From: Cyclobacteriaceae bacterium HetDA_MAG_MS6
GTDB lineage: Bacteria > Bacteroidota > Bacteroidia > Cytophagales > Cyclobacteriaceae
NCBI GenBank assembly: GCA_019192485.1
Contig: JAHCMJ010000001.1
Coordinates: 1 to 56,942 of the forward strand
Reading direction: 5' to 3'
Length of the DNA: 56,942 bases
Shown piece by piece: positions 7,164 to 17,342 of this stretch. Position 1 is the stretch's first letter. Each line of letters begins with the position of its first letter. The notes beneath the pieces were generated by a model. The model was not told where the DNA came from and searched no databases. It saw only the letters and a program-made list of their open reading frames with translations. The position numbers and the translations under genes were made by a program.

Positions 7164-7562
7164 TTGCCACTCGTGCGACCTCTTCAAAATATCTTCATCA
7201 TTGTCCTGGCGCTAAGCACCATAGCCAATACGCTAATGGTTCCCTTAATTTACCTGGACTTCAATATGAGGAAAGACTACATATCAGAGGTATTGTGTAT
7301 CAATCGTGACAATCCAATTACTGTTTGTGGTGGTAAGTGCTACCTGAATATACAATTGGAAAAGGCTAACCGATCGAGCGAAAAACAAGAGTCCAAGTCT
7401 ATCGAACGACAATTAGAAATTTCATTCTTTAGTCAGGAGTTGCAAACAGTCAGTTTTTCGCAAATAGCTGGGCCTTTAGATCAAAGCTATTTATTCGCCT
7501 TTGATAGCGGAGGGTCCAGATCTTTTTACGGCGAAATATTCAGACCTCCACAGTTCATATAG
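7164..7562 (+). CDS. Hypothetical small membrane protein with a CINRDNPITVCGGKCYL motif
   Basis: 132-aa ORF starting at TTG, with an alternative GTG at 7173. It has one N-terminal TM helix and then a Cys-x9-Cys-x3-Cys motif that I recall from uncharacterised Bacteroidota proteins. It heads the TonB receptor operon. Confidence 0.55.
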   Translation: MPLVRPLQNIFIIVLALSTIANTLMVPLIYLDFNMRKDYISEVLCINRDNPITVCGGKCYLNIQLEKANRSSEKQESKSIERQLEISFFSQELQTVSFSQIAGPLDQSYLFAFDSGGSRSFYGEIFRPPQFI

Positions 7563-7720
7563 CCCACTTACTTAGCTCAGCATCTGAGCTCATCTATTCC
7601 TAATTTTTTTAATGTAATCTCCCGTGTCTTACCTCATGGGATAGAGATGCCAATTTGGTCAGTTAACGTCCATTTTCTGTTTAACTACCTGATGGTTATC
7701 TCACTTATGAACTATTCAAA

Positions 7721-10018
7721 ATGAGATCTATCAAACAATATATATTTATTCTCTGCATATGCCTCGTCTCAGGAAAAGCATTTGCGCAACTTGTCATCAA
7801 TGGAACTATCTCCGATCGCCAAACAGGCGAACCGCTGGTAGGGGCCGAAGTGGTTGTATCCAACACGACGATAGGAACAATCACCAACTCTCTTGGGGAG
7901 TTTGTGCTGGAAGTGCCTAACACGATCGAAACACTGGAAATACGATTTGTTGGTTATGAAACCGTAAATGTGGAAAACCTACAATCTCCCCTTCAGATCA
8001 GCATGGAAGAATCTGTGAATGCGTTGAATCAGGTAGTCGTATCTGCTAACCGTGAAAAGGAATTGAGATCGGAGGTTCCTGCGGCCATTTCTACCCTCTC
8101 ACCAAGGGTTATTGAGGAAACAGCACCCAATACGCTTGATCAAGTTCTCAACAAGATCCCTGGTGTTTTTGTAGCTGACCTTGCCAATGAGCAGCATATG
8201 ACCAGTATTCGACAACCTATCTCTACCAAAGGGCTTTTCCTTTTCTTGGAAGATGGCTTGCCCACCAGACCAACTGGAGTGTTCAACCACAATGCTATGA
8301 ACGAACTCAATCAAGGCGCTATCAGGAGTATTGAAGTCATTCGCGGCCCGGCATCATCTACGTATGGTGCAGAAGCCATTGGCGGAGTGATCAACGTCAT
8401 TACCCAAACTCCCTCACTGCAGCCTTCTGGGAGGTTGGCTTTGCGTTCCAATAGCAATGGTCTCCAAAGGAGTGACTTCAGGGCTAGTAATACATTTGGT
8501 AAAACGGGGGTGTTTTTAGGTGGTTATTACTCGCGTAGAAGGGATGGCTTTTTCGAACATAGCGACATGGACAAGTACGCCTTGTCTCTGAAAGTCACTC
8601 AGGCCGTCTCTGCAAAAACCGATCTCAATTTTTCAGTTACCTACGCAGACCTTGATACTGATATGACAGGTAGTCTGGACAGCGCTGCGTTTTTTGGAGA
8701 TGACCCCACGAGTCCTCAGACTTTTACCGAACGGACAGTCAGTGCTCTTCGGGTCCAATCCACCCTTAACCACGACTGGAATGCAATTTCCAGCACTACT
8801 ACCCGAATCTTCTTCAGAGATAATTCAATTGGACAAATCCCCTCCTATCGCATTAGAACGGATCGGACGACAGGCATTGTTTCTGGTACCATCAATGAGC
8901 GTACATTTAAGAGTGTGGGTGGAATCATTCAACACTCGCAGGAATTGCCGGGTATTAACGCTAAGCTAATTGGCGGGTTATCGATAGATTACAGTCCCAC
9001 GGACTTTTTTGAAGACTACATACTCGTAGATCAAAATGATCAAGGAATCAATATTGGTTATACCGACCTCGACTCTGCCTTGACCAAAAACGAGATAGAT
9101 CTCACTAACCTGGGCACTTATGCGACATTCCAGATATCCCCAATTGATCGTCTAAAGTTTTCAGCATCCATTCGCTACGATCGCTTCAACTATGAGCATC
9201 GCAATTTCTTGACTCCCTCTTCTTTCTCAGGCTCACCGGATGCGACAAGTACTTTTGAAGCGGTGACACCTAAAATCGGCATCACATATGACCTGAATAG
9301 GAATAGGGGTATCTACGCCAATTTTGCACAAGGGTTTGTGCCTCCACAGGTAAGCGAATTATATAGAGGAGTGCAGGTACCCACATTAGATCCATCTGTC
9401 TATAATAATTACGAGCTTGGTGGCTGGTACGCATTTCAGATCGGCCCTAAATTTCAGGCATATGCTAATCTAGCCTTGTACCATGTCAACGCCACCAATC
9501 AAATTATCTCAGTGCAGTTAGATGATGGTACTCGAGAAAATCAAAATGCTGGGGAGACACAATCTCAGGGAGTAGAGTACATGCTCAGCATCAATTATAC
9601 TAAGCAGTGGCAGTTTCGATGGAGTGGTTCTTTTGCGCGCCATGAGTTCGTAGAATTCATTGAAAATGGGAATGAGTACAACGGCAATGAAATGGCACAA
9701 GGCGCAAACGTTCAATATAACTGGGAAATTACCTATCGACCTCAGTTTGTAAAAGGTCTGCGTTTGACATTAGAAAACCAGTATTTGGGTCCGTACTGGA
9801 TGAATAATGACAACACCAAGGAGTACGAAGGGTTTAGCCTTTTTCATGTGCGTACAGGCTATCGATTCAAAGGGTTTGATCTTTCCGCTTCCATACTGAA
9901 TATATCTGATAAACTATGGTCGCCACGTGCAAATGCATCACGCTTTGGCACGACTTATACCCCTGGTATTCCCAGAACTTATCAGCTGGGATTAGCTTAT
10001 CATTTTGGAAGTAAGTGA
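7721..10018 (+). CDS. TonB-dependent receptor (CarboxypepD_reg-like N-domain, plug and beta-barrel)
   Basis: 765 aa. Signal peptide ending in KAFAQ, a carboxypeptidase-regulatory-like domain (GTISDRQTGEPLVGAEVVV), the plug motif IEVIRGPASSTYGAEAIGGVINVIT, and a C-terminal aromatic barrel end. Confidence 0.9.
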   Translation: MRSIKQYIFILCICLVSGKAFAQLVINGTISDRQTGEPLVGAEVVVSNTTIGTITNSLGEFVLEVPNTIETLEIRFVGYETVNVENLQSPLQISMEESVNALNQVVVSANREKELRSEVPAAISTLSPRVIEETAPNTLDQVLNKIPGVFVADLANEQHMTSIRQPISTKGLFLFLEDGLPTRPTGVFNHNAMNELNQGAIRSIEVIRGPASSTYGAEAIGGVINVITQTPSLQPSGRLALRSNSNGLQRSDFRASNTFGKTGVFLGGYYSRRRDGFFEHSDMDKYALSLKVTQAVSAKTDLNFSVTYADLDTDMTGSLDSAAFFGDDPTSPQTFTERTVSALRVQSTLNHDWNAISSTTTRIFFRDNSIGQIPSYRIRTDRTTGIVSGTINERTFKSVGGIIQHSQELPGINAKLIGGLSIDYSPTDFFEDYILVDQNDQGINIGYTDLDSALTKNEIDLTNLGTYATFQISPIDRLKFSASIRYDRFNYEHRNFLTPSSFSGSPDATSTFEAVTPKIGITYDLNRNRGIYANFAQGFVPPQVSELYRGVQVPTLDPSVYNNYELGGWYAFQIGPKFQAYANLALYHVNATNQIISVQLDDGTRENQNAGETQSQGVEYMLSINYTKQWQFRWSGSFARHEFVEFIENGNEYNGNEMAQGANVQYNWEITYRPQFVKGLRLTLENQYLGPYWMNNDNTKEYEGFSLFHVRTGYRFKGFDLSASILNISDKLWSPRANASRFGTTYTPGIPRTYQLGLAYHFGSK

Positions 10019-10019
10019 G

Positions 10020-11276
10020 ATGAGTAAAAGTTCATATAAATGGATATGGAAATGGCACTTTATCGGAGGTTTAGTGTCATTTCCTGTGGTTTTGATCCTG
10101 GCGTTAACGGGTATTATCTATCTCTTCAAGGACCAATATGAGCAACCAAGGTACTCCCACATCAAGACGGTAGCAGTAGGAACCGAACGTCTCAGCTACC
10201 AAAAGCAATGGCAAATTGCTCAAGAGCAATGGGCAAAACAAGTAAAAGCGATGGTCTTGCCTGATGAGGCTAATGAGGCGACAGAGTTTGTGTCTGGTCG
10301 ATTTTCACGTAAGTCTAGCTTGTTTGTCAATCCGTATAGCGGAAAAGTGACAGGTCAATTAGCTGTAAAAGATAGTGACATGTTCAAGGTACGTAAACTT
10401 CATGGCGAACTATTGACCGGCAGTGCAGGAACTAAAATTGTGGAGTTGGTAGGCAGTTGGTTGATTGTATTGATTCTTTCAGGCTTAGTGTTGTTTTTCC
10501 CACGCAAATCCAATGACTGGATCAAACTTTTTAGAATTAGGTTTAGAAGTTCGAGACAAGTCCTCTACCGAGACCTACATATGGTAGGAGGCTTTTGGTT
10601 CTCAATCGTCTTGTTATTGATCCTGGCAGGTGGGATGCCTTGGACAGATGTTTGGGGAGCTGGTTTCAAATGGGTTCAAAAACAAACTGGAACGGGTCAT
10701 CCGCCAAGCTGGCAGGGACAAGAGCTCAGTTCGAAGATAGATGGTGATGCTGTTACACTAGATGAGGTGGCAGCATACATCAAATCAAAACATCTTCCAG
10801 GCGAAGTGACCATTACCCTACCTCAATCTCCCGATGGTATTTTCAGTGTTCACAACATTTACCACCAGGACCAATCCCAGCAGATTGCCATCCATATCGA
10901 CCAGTATTCTGGGCAAGAAATTGCCTCCTTGCAGTGGAGTGATGTAGGGCTACTCATGAGAGGCAGGATGTGGGCCATGGCTTTTCACCAAGGACAGTTC
11001 GGGATGTGGAATTGGATATTGGTCTTAGTAACTGCCGCAGGCTTGTTAGCATTAAGTTCGGCTGCTGTAGCATCATTCTTTTTAAGAAAGCGACCTAATT
11101 CATGGATGGTGCCTCGAAAGGATTCTTATCATGTTGGACTTGGGTTCTATTTGCTAATCTTGGGTATGGGTATTTTCCTACCCCTCTTCGGTTTGAGCGT
11201 GATTGCCATCTTGATGGTGGAGTTGATAAATCGATTAGCAAGAGGCTTGCGAAAGGCAGCTCTAACTCCCAACTAA
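10020..11276 (+). CDS. PepSY-associated TM-helix protein (PiuB/FoxB-like inner-membrane protein)
   Basis: The track start at 10005 is a TTG inside the upstream gene. An ATG at 10020 lies 1 nt after the upstream TGA. The product has 4 TM helices, WHFIGGL and LHGELL motifs, and large periplasmic loops. Confidence 0.85.
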   Translation: MSKSSYKWIWKWHFIGGLVSFPVVLILALTGIIYLFKDQYEQPRYSHIKTVAVGTERLSYQKQWQIAQEQWAKQVKAMVLPDEANEATEFVSGRFSRKSSLFVNPYSGKVTGQLAVKDSDMFKVRKLHGELLTGSAGTKIVELVGSWLIVLILSGLVLFFPRKSNDWIKLFRIRFRSSRQVLYRDLHMVGGFWFSIVLLLILAGGMPWTDVWGAGFKWVQKQTGTGHPPSWQGQELSSKIDGDAVTLDEVAAYIKSKHLPGEVTITLPQSPDGIFSVHNIYHQDQSQQIAIHIDQYSGQEIASLQWSDVGLLMRGRMWAMAFHQGQFGMWNWILVLVTAAGLLALSSAAVASFFLRKRPNSWMVPRKDSYHVGLGFYLLILGMGIFLPLFGLSVIAILMVELINRLARGLRKAALTPN

Positions 11277-11277
11277 G

Positions 11278-13698
11278 ATGACAATGAGACCAACTTTTAT
11301 AATTATCCTAATTCTGTTCGGGGTGAGCATCAACACATGCCTTTTAGCTCAAGAAACCATACAAGGTAAGGTGCAGCAAGAAAACGGAATGGGTGTAGCG
11401 TATGCTACTGTGGCAATTTTGAATACCAATAGAGGTGCCGTCACCGATGAGGATGGTAACTTCTCGCTGAATCTATCTCCCGGCATACACCAGCTCTCGG
11501 TTCGGGCTATTGGGTTTGCTACGGTAGTTCGATCTATTGATAGTGATGAGATTGATCTCGTGGAAATTGTATTAGAGCCCAAGTCCCAACGACTAGGTCA
11601 AGTAATTGTGACAGCTCAAAAAACTGAGCAAGATATAATGGAAGTACCTGCTGCTGTTACTTCCATATCTGAAACCAAAATCAAAAATGCACAAATATGG
11701 TCGTTGGAAAATCTGAATTCGCTTATCCCAAACTATTACTCCTCGGAATCAAGAGTTGCTTTTCAACAGGTTCAAGGGATCAGGGGCATTCAGGTTTTTA
11801 GTGAAAATCCAGCTATAGCAACCTATATAGACGGTGTCAACAATCTGGATATCATAGCCAATGGATTCCTACTGAGTGATATTGACCGAATAGAAGTATT
11901 GAGGGGGCCTCAAGGCACGCTTTTTGGTAGAAATGCTATGGGAGGTGTTATTAATATCATCACAAAAAAGCCCACAAACAAGCAAGCTTATTCCCTGGAA
12001 ACATCAATCGGCAATTTAGGTTTACAACGACACGGATTCAGTGCTAAACTGCCAATTTTACCCAACAAACTCTTTTTTGGCCTGAGTGGACAATATCAGT
12101 ATCGAGACGGTTTTATAAAAGCTGACACGACTTCTACGCCAAATCCTGAAGCTAATATCCAAAACACCCGTATTGGTGATGACAAGTCTTGGTACACCAA
12201 TATGTACCTGAGATGGCTAGTAAATAATCAGTGGGATATCACGCTGAATGCCAAAGGTCAGATAGATCACTCGAATGCAAGCGACATGTATGTCACTCAA
12301 CAACTAAGTGAAGCTATAGAAGACCCTGATCGTGTAAGGATTGGTTATGTAGGCCATCACAAAAGAGACGTTTTGAACACCGCATTAAGCATTGACTATT
12401 CCACTCCCAACTTCAGAATCAGTTCTGTCAGCACCTATCAGCAAATTGGTCTTTCCTTTGAGGACATTAGCTGGCCCTATTTCTTAGCCGGAGCTGGGAG
12501 TCTCTATTCATCGTACAAAAATGGAGCTTTTGGCGTCCGAGGAGAACCTCAGCAAGTATTTACACAAGAATTTAAGATAAATTCAACTCAAGAACAATCG
12601 AGGTTAGACTACACGGCCGGTGTGTTTGGATTTGCACAGGATGCATTCGAACCCACAACAAACCTTGCTTCAAAGATACTCTCTGGACCTTTCGCTGGAC
12701 CTATCTTCGTGAGTTTAAACGAGGGTGTTAACAAAGGTGTTGCAGTCTTTGGACAGCTTAGCTATAAGATAAGTAAGCAACTGAGTACTACCGTGGGACT
12801 CAGATATGATTACGAGGATCGACGAAACAAATTCAATGATGGTGGCTTAACGTATATAGACGGTGAGCAGATTGCATCTGGGACAGACACATTAGTGATG
12901 GTTGACTACAGTGCACTATCGCCCAAATTGTCGCTAGCATACAAACTCAACAAGCAGACTAATTTCTACGTGAGCTATACCAGAGGTTTTCGAGCTGGTG
13001 GTATCAACACACAGTTGATTCAAGGTTTTGATCTTACGTTTGATCCAGAATTCTCTGATAACTTTGAATTGGGATTTAAGGGTCTCACGTGGGATCAAAA
13101 AATCCAATTGAGCCTTTCGGCATATCATATCAGATGGTCTGATATTCAGTTTTTCTCACAAGTTGACGGGGGAATCTATATCAGGAGTAACTTAGGCGAT
13201 GCCCGTACCTCAGGAGTAGAGTTAGAGTTGACAGCTATCCCCACCAAGTACCTCAACCTCGACGTGTCTTACAGCGCTAATTTCAGTTCCGAATACAAAG
13301 ATTTCCAATTGCAGGGCAGGTTAGCCACTGAGCCCCTAGAAATAAATGGAAATACGCTTGCAAACACACCGAGATACACACTTTTCATTGCCCCGCAATA
13401 CACGTTACCACTCAACGAGAAAACAAGCCTTGTTGGAAGAGCAGAACTTCGCGGTGTTGGACAACACTTTACTGATGTCGAAAACAATATCCAGGTACAA
13501 GGCTATCAAACCTTCAACGGAAGAGTCGGCATTGTCTATGGATCATATGACCTCTTTTTCTGGTCCAATAACATCAGCAATGAGCGAGTGATATCTTATG
13601 GTTCTCCAAGCACAATTGACGCGCTTGGACCGGAAGATTTCAGAGTACTAATGTCTCCGCCACGGACTTATGGAATTACATTCACAGCAAAATTTTAA
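11278..13698 (+). CDS. TonB-dependent receptor (second copy, siderophore-receptor-like)
   Basis: 806 aa. Signal peptide, CarboxypepD_reg-like domain (GKVQQENGMGVAYATVAIL), plug motif IEVLRGPQGTLFGRNAMGGVINIIT, terminal ...TFTAKF. Confidence 0.9.
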   Translation: MTMRPTFIIILILFGVSINTCLLAQETIQGKVQQENGMGVAYATVAILNTNRGAVTDEDGNFSLNLSPGIHQLSVRAIGFATVVRSIDSDEIDLVEIVLEPKSQRLGQVIVTAQKTEQDIMEVPAAVTSISETKIKNAQIWSLENLNSLIPNYYSSESRVAFQQVQGIRGIQVFSENPAIATYIDGVNNLDIIANGFLLSDIDRIEVLRGPQGTLFGRNAMGGVINIITKKPTNKQAYSLETSIGNLGLQRHGFSAKLPILPNKLFFGLSGQYQYRDGFIKADTTSTPNPEANIQNTRIGDDKSWYTNMYLRWLVNNQWDITLNAKGQIDHSNASDMYVTQQLSEAIEDPDRVRIGYVGHHKRDVLNTALSIDYSTPNFRISSVSTYQQIGLSFEDISWPYFLAGAGSLYSSYKNGAFGVRGEPQQVFTQEFKINSTQEQSRLDYTAGVFGFAQDAFEPTTNLASKILSGPFAGPIFVSLNEGVNKGVAVFGQLSYKISKQLSTTVGLRYDYEDRRNKFNDGGLTYIDGEQIASGTDTLVMVDYSALSPKLSLAYKLNKQTNFYVSYTRGFRAGGINTQLIQGFDLTFDPEFSDNFELGFKGLTWDQKIQLSLSAYHIRWSDIQFFSQVDGGIYIRSNLGDARTSGVELELTAIPTKYLNLDVSYSANFSSEYKDFQLQGRLATEPLEINGNTLANTPRYTLFIAPQYTLPLNEKTSLVGRAELRGVGQHFTDVENNIQVQGYQTFNGRVGIVYGSYDLFFWSNNISNERVISYGSPSTIDALGPEDFRVLMSPPRTYGITFTAKF

Positions 13699-13699
13699 G

Positions 13700-14548
13700 A
13701 TGAAAGTTACCGTTCAAATATTCCTGATTTTTAACTGGCTTTTCAGTCTTATCGGCTGCAAACCTACCCCTTCGGAAGTCAATCGTTCTCAAGATTCTGG
13801 AAACGAATCAATAGAAATCACAAAGGAGAATCATGATCAAATCATGGATAGCTGGGTAGGTGAATCCAAGTATAATGTCAACACACTCGGTATCCTAGTT
13901 TATGATGGTGTAAATGATTTGGATTTCATGGGGCCCAGATACATCCTGGGTCAGTTGTGGGGTGTGAAAGCTCAACTAATAGCAATCAAACCAGGTAATA
14001 TCAAAACGGTAATGGGTGTCGAGGTGGTGCCAAACACAGTTATCGATTCTGTGGGTCAAGTAGATATTCTTGTCATTCCCGGGGGATTCAAGGGGACTGT
14101 AGAGGGCGCTTATGATCACAAACTCTTGACCTGGATTAAAAAAATTGATGAAAAGAGCATTTTCACAACCAGTGTATGCACAGGCAGCTGGATATTGGGA
14201 GCTACTGGACTATTAGAAGGAAAAGATGCAACTACTAATTGGTACCGTGCAGAGGAAATGATGGAGAAATATGGTGCTAAATTCCAGCGCGAACGCTACG
14301 TGCGTGACGGAAAGTACTGGACCTCGGCTGGAGTAACTGCCGGACTCGACATGTCCCTGGCTATCATGAATGAAATTCGTGGAGAAGATTATACACAGGC
14401 CATTATGTTGGATATGGAGTATGATCCTGCCCCACCAATCATCGGAGGCAGGCCGGACAATACCAACATGAATGTGTATAACATGATGCTTGCTATGTAC
14501 GACATGGGTTTCCAACCGTTGATTGATAGTTTGGAATTGAGCGAGTAG
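13700..14548 (+). CDS. DJ-1/PfpI family (type 1 glutamine amidotransferase-like) lipoprotein
   Basis: I prefer the ATG at 13700, 1 nt after the upstream TAA. It gives MKVTVQIFLIFNWLFSLIGC, which contains the lipobox LIGC. The nucleophile elbow SVCTGSWILGATGLLEG is present, together with WTSAGVTAGLDMSLA. Confidence 0.85.
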   Translation: MKVTVQIFLIFNWLFSLIGCKPTPSEVNRSQDSGNESIEITKENHDQIMDSWVGESKYNVNTLGILVYDGVNDLDFMGPRYILGQLWGVKAQLIAIKPGNIKTVMGVEVVPNTVIDSVGQVDILVIPGGFKGTVEGAYDHKLLTWIKKIDEKSIFTTSVCTGSWILGATGLLEGKDATTNWYRAEEMMEKYGAKFQRERYVRDGKYWTSAGVTAGLDMSLAIMNEIRGEDYTQAIMLDMEYDPAPPIIGGRPDNTNMNVYNMMLAMYDMGFQPLIDSLELSE

Positions 14549-14686
14549 TTTATTCAAATACTGAAGGGCGCAGAATCAAATGGCTCAATCACTGCTTCTG
14601 CATCAAGTCATCAGGTAGCGTGGTGGAGCTCATTCCAAGCAACCTTGATTCTGCCGAATTTGAAGCCAATTAAACTTTGATAAGTC

Positions 14687-15202
14687 ATGTCACGCCCTAA
14701 AAACAAATCAGAACTCCTGATTCAAAGCGCCACTCAATATGACAGGTTAATGGCACTTGTCAAATCTTTCGAAGAAATAGAAATCACCTTTCCGGAAGGT
14801 TATCTCAACAGAAACGTGAAAGACGTGCTTGCACACCTGCACCAATGGCATCTGATGATGCTCGACTGGTACAGTACGGGCATGAAAGGCATAAAGCCTG
14901 AAATACCCGCTAAAGGTTATACCTGGAAAACTACGCCTGATTTGAATCGGGAGATTTGGAAAAAGTATAAAGACGTTCCTTTGAAAGAAGTAATCCCTCT
15001 ACTTCATCGCTCTCATCAAGAAGTGAGCCACCTGATTGAAAAACATACAAATGATGAGCTTTTTGAGAAAAAACGATATAAATGGACCGGAACGACATCT
15101 TTAGGTGCTTACCTAATATCAGCGACTTCTAGCCATTACGACTGGGCCAGCAAGCTTATTAGGAAATGCATGAAAGCATCGTTAGAAACTGAAAGTACTT
15201 AG
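14687..15202 (+). CDS. ClbS/DfsB family four-helix-bundle protein (DUF1706)
   Basis: 171 aa. Family-typical pattern: SRPKNKSELL..., HLHQWHLMMLDWY, PAKGYTWKTTPDLNREIWKKY. Confidence 0.8.
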   Translation: MSRPKNKSELLIQSATQYDRLMALVKSFEEIEITFPEGYLNRNVKDVLAHLHQWHLMMLDWYSTGMKGIKPEIPAKGYTWKTTPDLNREIWKKYKDVPLKEVIPLLHRSHQEVSHLIEKHTNDELFEKKRYKWTGTTSLGAYLISATSSHYDWASKLIRKCMKASLETEST

Positions 15203-15381
15203 AACGTACGCTATCTCATCTTTACTCAAAAACTCAGGATGATATTGACTTGCTTATCAGTATCTTTCAGTGTTTTAATATGTGTGCAAGACTTTCTTTC
15301 TCATAGCTATTCAACTGATTGCGTGTGACTATGAAACCTATGAAATTTTTGCGGATCTTTGATGTATCAAACACCTTCTAA

Positions 15382-16053
15382 ATGATACTTAAAAAGTTTC
15401 AAAATACATTTATTTGGGTACTTGTAGTTGGCTTGATCCTGGTGTCTTGCGACGAAGATGACACCATACAAGGCTCTACCCGTATCATTTCAGAGATAAG
15501 GACAGTAAACTCCTTTGAGCGTGTGCAAGTTTCGGACATTGTATTTACCAATATCTTGTACGCCGATACACTACGTGTAACAGCCAGGGGAAATGACAAT
15601 GTGATCGAGAGAATCACTACTTCTGTTGACAATAATACGCTAGCTATTGGGGCTAATCTAAATGGATCAAATTTCAACAACATAGCAATGGAAGTAACAG
15701 TAGAGATACCTGTACTGACGCATATCTACGCTGACGGTATTGCCAATATCAGTGTAGATGGATTTGAAAACTTGAAGGAGTTGACAATTGATAATAATGG
15801 TGTGAGTAATATACAGGCTATCGGATCTGCAAGGAAGCTGAACATGGATCTTTCGGGCACTGGCAATTTTGAAGGTTTTGAATTTGTAGTGGACACTTGC
15901 TATATAAGACTATCAGGGGTAGGAAATGCCGCTATTACTGTGAATCAGCTACTCTCAGGAGAGTTGTCAGGAGTGGGTAATATGCTATACCAGGGGAATC
16001 CAACTATTCAAATCTCAGAAACTGGTATTGGCCAGCTTATCAACTCCAATTGA
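15382..16053 (+). CDS. DUF2807 / head-GIN domain lipoprotein
   Basis: 223 aa. Lipobox LVSC. Repeated beta-helix-like units (LSGTGNFEGFEF, LSGVGNAAITV, LSGVGNMLYQGNP). Confidence 0.8.
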   Translation: MILKKFQNTFIWVLVVGLILVSCDEDDTIQGSTRIISEIRTVNSFERVQVSDIVFTNILYADTLRVTARGNDNVIERITTSVDNNTLAIGANLNGSNFNNIAMEVTVEIPVLTHIYADGIANISVDGFENLKELTIDNNGVSNIQAIGSARKLNMDLSGTGNFEGFEFVVDTCYIRLSGVGNAAITVNQLLSGELSGVGNMLYQGNPTIQISETGIGQLINSN

Positions 16054-16487
16054 TCTGGCCTGGAACCTTGTAGGCCCCAGGCAGATCTCACATGTTCGAC
16101 TGGTTCTTGAGTTCTTACAAGATCCTGTCGAAGTCTTTAAAGTTTTCTGGAATGGATATCCTGTAGTGGCTATTTTGCGATCAGAAATATGTTTTGGAAA
16201 GCATAGAAGCTGCTGATCTGAAAAAAGCACATTTTGAACACCACATCTTATTATAGCGACGAATATAGCGCAGTCCGACCTCACATGCAATCCTATTTTT
16301 TAAACTCAATATTCAGCTTTGCATCTATCTTTTGAGCTTTCAAAATGCTATGAATAAATGCAAAAATTTGCTATTCACTCGTTTTAAACCCTTCCTTACT
16401 CATCAAAAAATGATTATTTTCCCATTATTTAGCTTTATTTGAATTTTAGTCAAAACATATTGCTTGAGTTTCATTTTGATCCCAATC

Positions 16488-17099
16488 ATGAAAAAGAAAA
16501 TCATATTGATGTTACCATGCCTACTGATGGCGATAGTGACAGTTTCCGGCCAGCATCACAATAAGAAGTTTAGCCATACCAATGGTACCTATACAGATCC
16601 TCGAGATGGTCGCACTTATAAGACTATTACCTTCATCAAAGAACATCACGGGGCAGATATCACTCGCACATGGTTTGCAGAAAACGCTAAGTACAAAGTA
16701 GATGGATCTTACTGCTACAATGACGAAGAAGCATATTGTGATAAGTACGGCAGGCTCTACAACTACGAGCAAGCCAATAATGCCTGTCCCGAAGGGTGGC
16801 ATGTACCCACTATACACGAATGGAAGTATTTATTTGGATTTTTCGGTGGTTGGCATCATTCCGGGAAATTTTTGATGGAAGGAAAAGAAAGCGATATGCA
16901 CATGCTTTTTGGTGGCTTTGGCGAACCTGGGCACTTATTCAGACAGGTCGATGTAAGTGGCAACTGGTGGGACAATGAGCTGAAAGACAGCAATACCGCT
17001 GGCATCATCACTTTGAAGAAAAATGATGAAAGTATCTATCACTATAAGATAGGGGATGAACATATGCTAAGCACCAGATGTGTGAAATACCATAACTGA
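16488..17099 (+). CDS. FISUMP (Fibrobacter succinogenes major paralogous, TIGR02145) domain protein
   Basis: I prefer the ATG at 16488 (MKKKIILMLPCLL signal) over the TTG at 16464. Motifs: DPRDGRTYKTITF, WFAENAKY, YGRLYNYEQANNACPEGWHVPTIHEWKYL. Confidence 0.8.
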   Translation: MKKKIILMLPCLLMAIVTVSGQHHNKKFSHTNGTYTDPRDGRTYKTITFIKEHHGADITRTWFAENAKYKVDGSYCYNDEEAYCDKYGRLYNYEQANNACPEGWHVPTIHEWKYLFGFFGGWHHSGKFLMEGKESDMHMLFGGFGEPGHLFRQVDVSGNWWDNELKDSNTAGIITLKKNDESIYHYKIGDEHMLSTRCVKYHN

Positions 17100-17342
17100 C
17101 TTGAAGGCAGACCTGTCTATCTAACCTATTCTTTCAAGGTCAGTGGGTATTCTGTTCCTCATTCATTTTGGAAACACCTATACAAATTGTACCAAGCTCC
17201 GTTTTTTCATCGCGGTATGTGGCGAGAGTGGTGAATGAGATCAAGTGAGTCAATTAGACTTTGCCCTTGCATTCAAAACAATTTATAACCGATTATGTCA
17301 GACGCCTGTACTCATCTATACCGCATTCAGCCAGTTTCGCCT

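Noticed and set aside
7574-7590. 7-bp hairpin after the 132-aa ORF, considered as a terminator
   Set aside because: The T-run begins about 15 nt downstream of the stem, so it does not meet the intrinsic-terminator pattern. It is mentioned only as context in a finding.
7012-7720. A possible riboswitch or Fur box ahead of the TonB receptor operon (the GCCAC string near 7166 briefly suggested a B12 box)
   Set aside because: The string lies inside the start of the 132-aa ORF. I could recognise no cobalamin-riboswitch core or GATAATGATAATCATTATC-like Fur box.
14570-14654. 10-bp inverted repeat GCAGAATCAA / TTGATTCTGC with a 65-nt spacer, upstream of the ClbS-like gene
   Set aside because: With a spacer this long, a 10-bp match is about what chance predicts in this amount of intergenic DNA, and there is no supporting feature.
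16015-16290. 91-aa minus-strand and 62-aa plus-strand ORFs between the DUF2807 and FISUMP genes
   Set aside because: They overlap each other, have odd Cys/Arg-rich composition and show no motif, so I do not call them genes.
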